From: Candidatus Nanoarchaeia archaeon
Lineage (GTDB): Archaea; Nanobdellota; Nanobdellia; Woesearchaeales; JANQNC01
Length of the DNA: 64,000 nucleotides
Direction of reading: 5' to 3'
NCBI GenBank assembly: GCA_028279745.1
Contig: JANQNC010000001.1
Span: 914,154-978,153, forward strand
Shown: piece after piece, positions 48,009 to 57,664 of the stretch
Layout: every line of letters begins with the position of its first letter
Position numbering within the stretch: the first letter of the stretch is position 1
Position numbers and translations under genes: made by a program
The notes under the pieces: generated by a model
The model's input: the letters and a program-made list of their open reading frames with translations, nothing else
What the model was told of the DNA's origin: nothing
The model's database searches: none

Positions 48009-49019
48009 ATGATAGAAGAAATCGGAAAGTTTGTAACACCAAAAAAACTTGAAAAATCATTAAAACAGAAATTAATAGTCTCAGGAATAAAGATGAAACC
48101 GGAAGAGGTGACGGGTTCTGCATTTTCTCTTAGTATTTTCGTTTCATTGATAATCTTCTTCTTACAAATATTTCCGTTGAGAGATCAGTATGCGGCTAAT
48201 GGCGCAATGCTGGTCATATTATCATTAGTGTTCTTTTTGATTTTATTATTAATCACCTTAGTTGTTTTGGGCGTTGTAATATTTACGTTCTTTAACTTGA
48301 GAGGGTATTCAAGAGCAAAACAGATAGAAGAAGTATTGCCTGACTTTTTGCAATTGACAGCTGCAAACATACGATCAGGAATGATGATAGACAAAGCGAT
48401 GTGGTTAGCAGTAAGACCAAGATTTGGGATACTTGCAGAAGGGATAGAGATAGTCGCAAAAAAAACATTATCAGGACATGAAATATCAGATGCGCTAAAC
48501 GAATTCGTAGCAAAATATGACAGCTTATTATTACAGAGATCCATGCATTTAATGATAGAAGGGATGGAGTCAGGAGGAAAGATGGCAGAACTTCTGAATA
48601 AGATCTCCTGGAACGTAAGAGAAACACAACTTATGAGAAAAGAGATGGCAGCAAGCGTAATGACATATGTAATATTCATATCATTTACAGTACTATTGGC
48701 AGCACCGTTCCTTTATGGGCTATCATACACATTGTTAACAGTAATAGGACAGATCATACCTTCACTACCCGAACAATCAGGAACATCTGCAATGATGATA
48801 AGCTTCTCAGAAATAAGCATATCACCTGATGAATTTAGCATATTTGTAATGGTTTCATTAGCGATCACTTCATTATTTTCAGCAATAATAGTATCAACAA
48901 TACAAAAAGGGTCGGCAAAAGCAGGAATAAAACTCATACCTGCTTTCATAGTCGTGTCGGTAGTTTTATTCATAATATTTAGAACGGTGTTATCCTCTGT
49001 GTTCTCTGGATTCTTTTGA
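48009..49019 (+). CDS. TadC/FlaJ-like polytopic membrane protein (T2SS-F domain) 2
   Basis: Second T2SS-F-like membrane protein; start 1 nt after upstream stop. Confidence 0.7.
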   Translation: MIEEIGKFVTPKKLEKSLKQKLIVSGIKMKPEEVTGSAFSLSIFVSLIIFFLQIFPLRDQYAANGAMLVILSLVFFLILLLITLVVLGVVIFTFFNLRGYSRAKQIEEVLPDFLQLTAANIRSGMMIDKAMWLAVRPRFGILAEGIEIVAKKTLSGHEISDALNEFVAKYDSLLLQRSMHLMIEGMESGGKMAELLNKISWNVRETQLMRKEMAASVMTYVIFISFTVLLAAPFLYGLSYTLLTVIGQIIPSLPEQSGTSAMMISFSEISISPDEFSIFVMVSLAITSLFSAIIVSTIQKGSAKAGIKLIPAFIVVSVVLFIIFRTVLSSVFSGFF

Positions 49020-49048
49020 CCACTAACGGTATATAAAAAAACGCTACA

Positions 49049-49056
49049 TTTAAATA
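49049..49056 (+). promoter_or_regulatory. TATA-like box (TTTAAATA) upstream of major pilin gene
   Basis: Several TATA-like motifs 49028-49084; GGAGGTG RBS before ATG 49131. Confidence 0.35.
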
Positions 49057-49130
49057 GGAGAAGTTCCAGGATTGGTATATACCCTTAATTTACAATAAAG
49101 AGGTTAAATTAATAGGAGGTGTTAAGGTAA

Positions 49131-49562
49131 ATGAAAAAAGGACAAGCAGCAATGGAGTTCTTAATGACCTATGGATGGGCAATTCTAGTTGTTCTTATAG
49201 CAATTGGAGCTTTAGCTTATTTCGGTGTACTAAGCCCAGATAAACTACTGCCAAACCAGTGTAGGTTAGCACAAGGATTGTATTGTAAGTCACACAAAGC
49301 TGATACCGCCGGAGTTAGTGTTTTAATAGTGAACTCACTAGGAAAAGACATAACTGTAACAGGTATCAACATAACAGACCAGTCAGGATGTGATGCGTCA
49401 TTCAGTACAGCATTAGCTAATGACCAGCAAGCACAGTTCGACGTGGCGTGTACAATAACTGCAGGAACAAAGATCAAATCAGATATTGCAGTGACTTACG
49501 ACGAAACAGGTGGACTTTCAGGGCTTAAGAATTCTGGAAATTTCATCGCACAAGTAGAATAA
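49131..49562 (+). CDS. Class III signal-peptide pilin (candidate major pilin)
   Basis: MKKGQAAMEFLMTYGWAILVVLIAIGALAYF; own promoter and T-rich terminator. Confidence 0.75.
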   Translation: MKKGQAAMEFLMTYGWAILVVLIAIGALAYFGVLSPDKLLPNQCRLAQGLYCKSHKADTAGVSVLIVNSLGKDITVTGINITDQSGCDASFSTALANDQQAQFDVACTITAGTKIKSDIAVTYDETGGLSGLKNSGNFIAQVE

Positions 49563-49676
49563 ATTTTTTTATTTTTTCTACCTTTTTCTTTTATTTTTTT
49601 TAGAAACTTAGTGTTAGCTGTATAGACAACATTTATATATCCTTAAATCAAGAAATAGGAAAAAAGGGATGATATT

Positions 49677-50102
49677 ATGGAATTTACTCTGAAGGAATGG
49701 GCGCTGATGTACTTCAAAAACAGAGATATAATGCTCCAGAAGATAGATAAGATAGATGAAAAGGATGAGAGTATAATCATTTCTAACAACGATGGCAGTA
49801 TGAACCATGTTGAAGTGAAAGAGTTTGTAGATGATTTGGAGATTGTTGTTAATACGTTTAAAGACAAATCAGGTACGCTTGTGATGTTTAACAATAAAGA
49901 CAATCTTGATTTTGTTATAGATAACTGGCAGAAGTTGATCGAGTTAAAAGAGTTGACGCTAATATTTGTAAATCCTGAGTCATTACAAGAGAAGAAATGG
50001 ATAATAAATCCTTATGTACATGATAAAGTAACAGAACCAAAGTCGTTAAGAGCAGGATTAATCGCATTATTTACTACGGTTGATCCTGTGTTGAAGAAAT
50101 AG
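49677..50102 (+). CDS. Hypothetical protein
   Basis: ORF only. Confidence 0.4.
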   Translation: MEFTLKEWALMYFKNRDIMLQKIDKIDEKDESIIISNNDGSMNHVEVKEFVDDLEIVVNTFKDKSGTLVMFNNKDNLDFVIDNWQKLIELKELTLIFVNPESLQEKKWIINPYVHDKVTEPKSLRAGLIALFTTVDPVLKK

Positions 50103-50119
50103 ATTAAAAAAATAAAAAA

Positions 50120-50590
50120 TTACTTTTTCTTAGCTGCTGGCTTTGGAGCTGGTTTAGCGTCTTTAGTAGCAGGCTTAGTTGGTGTATTAACCTGAACTTT
50201 AGGAAGCTGTAATGGTGGTGGCAAGTTAATATCATCGCTAAGTACAAGAGCTTTAACATTGCACTTGTTCAATATGTGGTTCAAAAGAACTGCCATTAAA
50301 TTCTTTTCAAGCTTCTTTGTCTTTTTCCAACCGTCAATTATTTCTTTAGCCTTGGATGCTTCTTCTAAATTTAGAACATCACCTTCAAGCTTTATTTCGC
50401 CAACGCCTGGTTCGTAACTGCAAATAAATTCAAATCCAAACTTGATCCCTTCTTGCTTAACCTTTCCTAAAGAAAGATTTTGTCCATCCACACTCACTAT
50501 CTTAACATTATTATTAATGTTAATCCTGCCAGTTGCAGGTTTTTTTCTCTCAACGGAGATCTTGTTAAAATTAAATCCTACTATTGCCAT
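50120..50590 (-). CDS. Hypothetical protein with Lys/Pro/Ala-rich C-terminal tail
   Basis: C-terminus TPTKPATKDAKPAPKPAAKKK. Confidence 0.45.
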   Translation of the reverse strand: MAIVGFNFNKISVERKKPATGRININNNVKIVSVDGQNLSLGKVKQEGIKFGFEFICSYEPGVGEIKLEGDVLNLEEASKAKEIIDGWKKTKKLEKNLMAVLLNHILNKCNVKALVLSDDINLPPPLQLPKVQVNTPTKPATKDAKPAPKPAAKKK

Positions 50591-50698
50591 ATATTATCAC
50601 CATCCCAAAAGGGTTTGAAGCTATATTTAAAGGTTTCGGGGCAGTTATAAGAAATGTTTATAAAAAGAGAATACAAAGAATGAACTAATCATGTTTTA

Positions 50699-51691
50699 GT
50701 GGAGGATGATAAGATGAAAAAAATAATCTTAATGGTGCTGGTTGCAATTATGAGCATTAGTTCTGTTTTTGCAGCAATAGCTGGGTGCGATCCTTTTCTT
50801 TTAGGTTCTTGTACTACAAGATGTAATGATATGATTTCGCCTACAGGTACAGCGGTAGGGTGGAATTTGAATGTTCAAGGTAATAACTTTGTTTGTCAGA
50901 GCACAGGTGCTACTTATACGGGTGGGCTTTTTGATATTGATTCAGATATAGCTGATGGGGGATGGTGTAACTCGTTGTCTGTTCCTAGGGTGAATGAGGG
51001 TCCGTGTATGCATGTTTACTATTCTGAAACTGAAAGTAATGTTTATTGCGCGGGCTATGAAAGAGCGGGTGAGCCAGTTACGTTGGCGAATGTAGCGACA
51101 CATTGTAGGGTGTCAGGTGTTCCTGATTACTCTGCTTTTGATTTTAGCGATCCTTTCTTTGCAGGAACTGGTGCACCTGGTGGAATAACATTAATAAGCG
51201 ACTGTGATCCTGCTCTTCCAGGATCTTGTACTGCAAGATGTAATGATATAATGTCTCCTACAGGCACAGCAAATATTTGGAGTTTGAACCTTCAATCTGG
51301 TTTTGTTTGTCAGAGCACAGGTGCTACTTATACAGGCGGGCCTTTCGATATTGATTCAGACATAGGTGATAGTAGATGGTGTAACTCATTATCTGTTCCA
51401 AGGGTGAATGAGGGTCCATGTATGCATGCATACTACTCCGAAACTGAGAGTAACGTTTATTGCGCAAGCTATAAAAGAGCGGGTGAACCAGTTACGTTGG
51501 CAAATGCAGCAACACACTGTAGGGTATCGGGTGTTGAGGACTATTCAGCTTTTGATTTTAGCGATCCTTTCTTCGCAGGACATTTAGTAGACCAAGTACA
51601 GGGTGTACCTGAGATTAGTGTAGCATCTTCAATAATTGCATTGATAGCAGTTCTTGCAGTAGTCGGAGTTATAGCGGTTAGAAAGCGCTAG
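50699..51691 (+). CDS. Secreted, C-terminally membrane-anchored protein made of two ~140-aa Cys-rich tandem repeats
   Basis: Signal MKKIILMVLVAIMSISSVFAA; repeat 1 CDPFLLGSC…DFSDPFFAG and repeat 2 CDPALPGSC…DFSDPFFAG ~80% identical; C-terminal TM SIIALIAVLAVVGVIAVRKR. Confidence 0.55.
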   Translation: MEDDKMKKIILMVLVAIMSISSVFAAIAGCDPFLLGSCTTRCNDMISPTGTAVGWNLNVQGNNFVCQSTGATYTGGLFDIDSDIADGGWCNSLSVPRVNEGPCMHVYYSETESNVYCAGYERAGEPVTLANVATHCRVSGVPDYSAFDFSDPFFAGTGAPGGITLISDCDPALPGSCTARCNDIMSPTGTANIWSLNLQSGFVCQSTGATYTGGPFDIDSDIGDSRWCNSLSVPRVNEGPCMHAYYSETESNVYCASYKRAGEPVTLANAATHCRVSGVEDYSAFDFSDPFFAGHLVDQVQGVPEISVASSIIALIAVLAVVGVIAVRKR

Positions 51692-51771
51692 AAAAGCAGG
51701 TGCTTTTCTGCGCGCAAGAAAACACAAAATGTTTTCTTTGCGAAATAATTTCTTTTTTTCTTTTCCTTTTT

Positions 51772-52200
51772 TTACTGACAATAATCAATCCAAGTTAGAG
51801 TTCTTTCAACGTATTTAGAAACAAATTTACCTACAGAGGATGCAGCAGTGCAAACATTACTGGTATATTCTTCACCAATACAGTATTCAAGACCTTTGGC
51901 TAAAGTGTTAGTAGAATATTTCTTAACCTTCATACCGTAAGGTGTTGTCAATAAAGTATTAGCGATAAGAAGTGTAGTGAGAAACATCTTAATCTTCCCA
52001 ACCTTGTCTTTTTTTGAGATGAAATCTGTAATGATGTTCCCAGTTCTTCGTGTAGCGTAAACTGTGCCTGGTGGATCAACTCTAGGGGGAGGGGTATTAT
52101 TTGTCACAGTTTTCTCTATTCCAGGTGAATAAGTTTTGTTGTAAATCAAGTCTTCTCTCATATACCCTAATAGGCAACGAAGACTAATAAAAATTACCAA
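51772..52200 (-). CDS. Hypothetical protein
   Basis: ORF only. Confidence 0.3.
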   Translation of the reverse strand: MVIFISLRCLLGYMREDLIYNKTYSPGIEKTVTNNTPPPRVDPPGTVYATRRTGNIITDFISKKDKVGKIKMFLTTLLIANTLLTTPYGMKVKKYSTNTLAKGLEYCIGEEYTSNVCTAASSVGKFVSKYVERTLTWIDYCQ

Positions 52201-52239
52201 ACAAAACCCGAAATTTCTACTAATATATTAGAAAGATTT

Positions 52240-52905
52240 ATGAATACATATAACAAAACCAGAAACATGACAATATTAGTGTTAGCTGCCCACCCAGACG
52301 ATGAAATACTAGGTGTTGGGGGGACATTAGCTAAATATTCAAAAGATAAAGAGAAGATAGTAACTGCTGTTTTTTCTATGGGAGAGATGAGTCCTCCGTG
52401 GATCAAACCAGAGATATTAACAGAGACAAGAAAGATTGAGTCAGAAAAAGCACATAAACTTGTTGGAGTTAATGAATCATACTTCTTAGAACTTACTGAT
52501 GCGAATTTTGCGAAAGATGCAAAAAAGGAAAAGGTAGATGAAAAAATGATGAGAATAATAAAAAAACACAAGCCAAACAAAATATTTACTCATTCACCAG
52601 ATGATCCGCATCCGCATCATAGACTGGTATATGCGTTAACAATGAAAGTACTAAAAAAAATGAAGTTTGATACAAATGTATATGTGTATGATGTGTGGAA
52701 TCCACTATCCTTGTTGAACAGAAATAAGCCTAAAATGTATATAGATGTAACAAAGACGTTCAAGAAAAAAATAAAAGCGCTGGGTGTATTCAAAAGCCAA
52801 AAAGCAGTAATGGCACAGCTGTTACCGGGGATATATGTAAGAGCGATAACAAACGGACTTAGTTATGGATGTAAGTATGCAGAAAGATTCACAAAAGTAA
52901 AATGA
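52240..52905 (+). CDS. LmbE/PIG-L family N-acetylglucosaminyl deacetylase
   Basis: AHPDDE motif, downstream HPDHH-like PHPHH. Confidence 0.8.
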   Translation: MNTYNKTRNMTILVLAAHPDDEILGVGGTLAKYSKDKEKIVTAVFSMGEMSPPWIKPEILTETRKIESEKAHKLVGVNESYFLELTDANFAKDAKKEKVDEKMMRIIKKHKPNKIFTHSPDDPHPHHRLVYALTMKVLKKMKFDTNVYVYDVWNPLSLLNRNKPKMYIDVTKTFKKKIKALGVFKSQKAVMAQLLPGIYVRAITNGLSYGCKYAERFTKVK

Positions 52906-54071
52906 GCATTATAAAAAAGATAGCAAAAGGGACAATAGAAGAAAAGAGATTAGAAAAGAAAAGACTACTTATAGCAACAGATAGTTTCTTACCAAGATGG
53001 GATGGGGTTGCAAGGTTCTTGCTGGAGATGATACCTTATCTTAAAAAAGAGTTTAAAATAACAATTCTTGCGCCTGATTTTGGAGAGTTAAACGAAGAAG
53101 GATTTGAAGATGTTAGGATAATAAGATTTCCAACAACAAAATTTCAGATAGCAGACTATAATTTACCAAAACCTAGATGGGGGGTGATAAAAAAAGAAGT
53201 AGAAGCACACGATGTTGTGTGGACACAAACACTGGGCCCTATCGGTTATTTGGCAATGAAATATGGCAGGAAAAAGAGCAAAAAAGTTGTTGCATATATA
53301 CATTCAATAGAATGGGAACTGGTATCAAAAGGACTCACAAAGAATGAGACCTTCAGGAAAGTCATACTATCGATCGCTAAAAAGGCAGTGAAGAAGTTAT
53401 ACAACGATGCAGATATGTTAATGGTGCCATCTGGGGGGATCTCAAACTTCTTAACAGAACAAGGAATAAGAACTGACCGGAAAATCATACACTTAGCAAC
53501 AAACCCCGAAGTATTTAAGCCACCTTTAGATAAAGAAGAAGCAAAAAGAGAGCTAGAGATGGGTGGAAAAATAATAGGTTTCTGCGGAAGAATAGGAAAA
53601 GAAAAAAACCTTGATACATTATACAAAGCTTATAAGTTATTGAAAAAACACCACCCCCATCTTAAACTAATCTTTATAGCGGACGGTCCTGAAAGCCAAA
53701 AAGAAAAATTCCCGGAAGCGATAATAACGGGAAACACAAGACCTGTGCCATACTTGCAGGCGCTAGATGTGTTTATACTGCCATCGCTAACTGAAACAAC
53801 ATCATTATCGACAATGGAAGCGATGTCAACAGGATTGCCGGTTGTAGTAACTAAAGTGGGTTATGTAAAAGATTATGTTACTGATGGAATAAATGGACTG
53901 TTCACCCCAAAAAAGAATGTAAGAAAGATGGCAGAAAAGATTGAACGATTATTAACACATTCAGAACTAAGAGAAAGATTAGGGCAGAATGCAAGAAAAA
54001 CAATCTTAAACCATTACTCTTGGGATAAAACTGCAAAAAGAATAGTTGAAACATTAAAAAAATTATCTTAA
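52902..54071 (+). CDS. Glycosyltransferase family 4 (GT-B, group 1)
   Basis: C-terminal motifs LPSLTETTSLSTMEAMSTGLPVVVT (E-x7-E-like). Confidence 0.8.
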   Translation: MSIIKKIAKGTIEEKRLEKKRLLIATDSFLPRWDGVARFLLEMIPYLKKEFKITILAPDFGELNEEGFEDVRIIRFPTTKFQIADYNLPKPRWGVIKKEVEAHDVVWTQTLGPIGYLAMKYGRKKSKKVVAYIHSIEWELVSKGLTKNETFRKVILSIAKKAVKKLYNDADMLMVPSGGISNFLTEQGIRTDRKIIHLATNPEVFKPPLDKEEAKRELEMGGKIIGFCGRIGKEKNLDTLYKAYKLLKKHHPHLKLIFIADGPESQKEKFPEAIITGNTRPVPYLQALDVFILPSLTETTSLSTMEAMSTGLPVVVTKVGYVKDYVTDGINGLFTPKKNVRKMAEKIERLLTHSELRERLGQNARKTILNHYSWDKTAKRIVETLKKLS

Positions 54072-54073
54072 TT

Positions 54074-57000
54074 CTAAACTTTTAGACTAGTAATCTTACT
54101 AATCCCATGTTCATTCATACTGATCCCATAAAGAATGTCCGCAGATGAGATAACTGCATCGTTGTGGCTGATAATAATATATTGTGCTTTATCGCAATAC
54201 TGTTTAACTAATCCCGCTAGTTTCTCAGCGTTACTCTTGTCAAGAGCAGCATCAACCTCATCCAGAATGTAGAATGAAGCAGGTTCATATTCCTGAACTG
54301 CAAAAATAAAAGCCAAAGCAGTAATTGTTTTCTCACCACCGCTTAAACTCTTAATATCCATGAATTTGTTTGTAGAAAGCTTAACTTTGAATGAGACTCC
54401 TCCGTCAAACACAGTCTCAGGATTTTCTAACTCAAGGAAAGCCTGGCCTTTTTTAGACAACGAACTGAATATGTCCTGGAACTTACCATTAATCTCATCA
54501 AAAGTCTTCATAAAAATATCTTTCTTCTTAGTTTCAATCTCGTTCATAAGTACAAGAACATTCTCTTTTTCCTCTGCAAGTTTATCTTTCTTCTCAAGAA
54601 GCTTATTGTACTCTTCTTCTACCTTGTCGTATATCTCTAACGCTCTCAAGTTAACATTGCTAGAGTTCTCAAGCTTGTACTCTAACTTGTTTATGTCTTT
54701 CCTAAGCTCTTCTTCAGTCTTTTTGACATCTGAGAAGTCAATCTTAGCATAAGGTTCAAATTCTTTAGCAAGTCCTGCAAGCTCAGCACTTACTTTTGCT
54801 TTGTCAATATTAACATTATTGACTTTTTGTTCTATTTCTCTGATCCTGAAATCAAATCCTGCTTTCTTGTCTTCAAACTTCCTGATCTCTTCTTCAAGTT
54901 TCTGTCTTTTAGTGAATAATGCTTTGAATTTTGAATAGAACTCTTTAGCAAACTTCTCTTTCGCAATTAAATCTTCAGTTTTAGTGGTGTTTTCTTCTGT
55001 AAGCTTATTGATCTCTTCCTCAAATGATTCAATCTCTTTAGTGTGTTGTTTAAGAATCTTCACGATGCTTTCTTTCTCTGACTTAAGCATGTTGTTGATT
55101 TGAACATCAAAATTCTTAACATCTGCAGTAAGATGTATAATCTTCTCTTTAAGCTCGGATCGTTTGTCTTCAAACGCGTTAAGTTCTGCAATTACTGTGG
55201 GGTTTCTTAATTCATTAATCTTATTTCTTAGTTCCTGTTTCTTTATCTTTCCTTGGGTTAACTCTTTATTAGTATCACTGATATCATCTTGAACCTTATC
55301 GACTTCAGTATCAATCTCTTTTATCTTGTTTGTCAAGTCAGTCTTTGTCTTTTTGAAATCAAGCACATCTTCACCTTGCTTGATGTTAAGCTTATTTTCA
55401 AGCGAAAGAATACTTCCTTCCAGCTCAGATTTTTCCTGTCTTAGTTTAGTAAGAGTTTCATCATTTTCAACCCTTCTTTTTTCAAGAGTTTGAACTACAT
55501 TAGTCAAATTCTCAACGACTTCTTCGTATTCCTGCATATCTTTAAGGACTTCTTCCTCCTTGAAACCAATACCTTTACTTCTTTGTCTGTAGCCACCAAT
55601 CATCGCACCGCTCATCTCAACTAAGTCACCTTCTAAAGTGACCATCCTTGTAGTGCCAATACCTATCTTTCTTGCAGTCTCTAAATTATCAACTACAAGA
55701 GTGTTTGAGAATACATGTGAGAAAATATTTTTGAACTTATCATCAAACTTAACTAGATCAATAGCAAAACCATGAACTCCTTGCTTTTTTCTTAAATCAT
55801 ATACGTCAGCATCGATTAATCTTGTCCTAACTTTGTTTAGAGGAAGGAAAGTAGCAATACCTAGCCTGTTTTTCTTAAGGTGTTCAATGCATTTTTTAGC
55901 AATCAAATCATCTTCAACAACAAGACTTCTAATCCTGCCTCCAGCAGCAACCTCTAAAGCAAGAGCGTATTTCTTATTAACCTGGCCTAAATCAGAGACA
56001 GTACCAAAAATGCCTTTATCTTTCTTGCCCATATCGATAATCTCATTGATGGCAGTGCCGCCTTGAACTTTCTCTCTTATGCTTATGTTTCTTGCCTTTA
56101 ACTTAGCAAGTTCATCATTAGATTTAGCAAGCTTTATCCTAGAGTTTGCAATCTGAGATGCTAAAGAAGAGTCTTCATTAAGAGCAGTAGAAAGTTCTGA
56201 TGCAACCGTTTTAAATCTTAGCCTCTTGTCTTTTAGTTCTCCTATCTGCTGTTTGTTCTCTTTTTCGATAGCAGCGACTTCATCAATCTTCTCATCAAAT
56301 GACCCAATCATAAACTCCGTCTTATCTTTTTCTCTAAGCAACTCTTGCTGTTTTTCTCTTAACTCATGAATTTTCTTTTGTAGGTCTTCACTCTGCTTAT
56401 CGATATCTTCAATATCTTTTTCAATATTTTCAGTATCTTCGCTAATCTTGTGTTTTTTCTTGAACTGTTCAATGCTGTTCTCTATCTGGTTAAGGGACGA
56501 TTCAGAATCAGTCTTATCTTTTACCAAACCTTCTTTTTCGGCTTCTAATCTTGATATCTTTTCATCAACTTCAGCAATACTCTCATCCAGCTGTTTTTTT
56601 CTTTCTTTGACTTTTTCAATCTCGTTCTTATCAGATTCTATCTTGGTCTTATTAGTTGCAACTTCTATCCTAAGCCTTTCCATCTCTTTGTTAAGTTTAA
56701 CCTGTTCAACTTCACCTTTCTCTTCAATTTCATTGTTAATCTCCTTAATCCCTGAGTCTCTTTCATCAATTCCAGACTTAGTCTCTTCAATCTTTTCTCT
56801 TAACTCAGTAATGTTATCATTATGCTTCTTAAGTCTAGCTTCCTGTTCTTCTTTGACTTTTTCTTTTTGCGCAATCTGCTTGCTAAGATAGGATGCTTTG
56901 TACTTTTCCAAAGTTCCCTTTAGTGATTTGAACTCTAAAGCTTCATCTCTGTCTTTCTTTAGTTCCTTAAGATAAGTTGCTCTCTCAGAAAGAACTATGT

Positions 57001-57577
57001 CTGCTTCACCAAGCTTGGTCTCAACTTTTTCCAGCTCTTTCAGCGCTTTATTTTTCTTTTCTTCATAAACACCAATACCTGCGATCTCTTCAACGATCAT
57101 CCTCTTATCAACAGAAGACATATCAACAAATTTGACAATATCTCCCTGAAGAATTATGTTATGGCCCTCAGGATCAACTTTAGCTAAAGCCATCATGTCA
57201 AGAATTTGCTGTCTAGTTCTGGTTTGGTTATTAATCTTATATTTTGACTGGCCGTTTGGTCTAACAATTCTAGTGATCTTAACTTCAGGGTCTTCAACAG
57301 GGAAAAGTTTAGTTGCGTTATCAAAGAAAATGCTAACTTCAGCTTCTTTAGCGCCCCTTTTAGACTTGCCTCCATTATATACAAGGTTACCAGACTTTTC
57401 AGCTCTCATAGCTTTGCTTGAAGACCTTCCCAACACAAATGTAAGTGCATCTAGAATGTTGCTTTTACCGCTGCCGTTAGGGCCCAAAACAACATTAAAA
57501 TTGTCGCCAAAAACAAGTTCGGTATGGTTGGCAAAAGACTTAAACCCCTTCAAAACAAGTCTATTTATCTTAGTCAT
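54074..57577 (-). CDS. smc: Chromosome segregation protein SMC
   Basis: N-terminal Walker A GPNGSGKSN, long coiled coils, hinge, C-terminal LSGGEKT signature and Walker B ILDEVDAALD; 1167 aa. Confidence 0.95.
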   Translation of the reverse strand: MTKINRLVLKGFKSFANHTELVFGDNFNVVLGPNGSGKSNILDALTFVLGRSSSKAMRAEKSGNLVYNGGKSKRGAKEAEVSIFFDNATKLFPVEDPEVKITRIVRPNGQSKYKINNQTRTRQQILDMMALAKVDPEGHNIILQGDIVKFVDMSSVDKRMIVEEIAGIGVYEEKKNKALKELEKVETKLGEADIVLSERATYLKELKKDRDEALEFKSLKGTLEKYKASYLSKQIAQKEKVKEEQEARLKKHNDNITELREKIEETKSGIDERDSGIKEINNEIEEKGEVEQVKLNKEMERLRIEVATNKTKIESDKNEIEKVKERKKQLDESIAEVDEKISRLEAEKEGLVKDKTDSESSLNQIENSIEQFKKKHKISEDTENIEKDIEDIDKQSEDLQKKIHELREKQQELLREKDKTEFMIGSFDEKIDEVAAIEKENKQQIGELKDKRLRFKTVASELSTALNEDSSLASQIANSRIKLAKSNDELAKLKARNISIREKVQGGTAINEIIDMGKKDKGIFGTVSDLGQVNKKYALALEVAAGGRIRSLVVEDDLIAKKCIEHLKKNRLGIATFLPLNKVRTRLIDADVYDLRKKQGVHGFAIDLVKFDDKFKNIFSHVFSNTLVVDNLETARKIGIGTTRMVTLEGDLVEMSGAMIGGYRQRSKGIGFKEEEVLKDMQEYEEVVENLTNVVQTLEKRRVENDETLTKLRQEKSELEGSILSLENKLNIKQGEDVLDFKKTKTDLTNKIKEIDTEVDKVQDDISDTNKELTQGKIKKQELRNKINELRNPTVIAELNAFEDKRSELKEKIIHLTADVKNFDVQINNMLKSEKESIVKILKQHTKEIESFEEEINKLTEENTTKTEDLIAKEKFAKEFYSKFKALFTKRQKLEEEIRKFEDKKAGFDFRIREIEQKVNNVNIDKAKVSAELAGLAKEFEPYAKIDFSDVKKTEEELRKDINKLEYKLENSSNVNLRALEIYDKVEEEYNKLLEKKDKLAEEKENVLVLMNEIETKKKDIFMKTFDEINGKFQDIFSSLSKKGQAFLELENPETVFDGGVSFKVKLSTNKFMDIKSLSGGEKTITALAFIFAVQEYEPASFYILDEVDAALDKSNAEKLAGLVKQYCDKAQYIIISHNDAVISSADILYGISMNEHGISKITSLKV

Positions 57578-57664
57578 CTGTATATAAAAAAGAAGGTTGG
57601 CTATATATAAAGTTTTTGATTAGTTATTGGGGAGAAAAGAGATTAATCACTAACTGGTTGAGTA

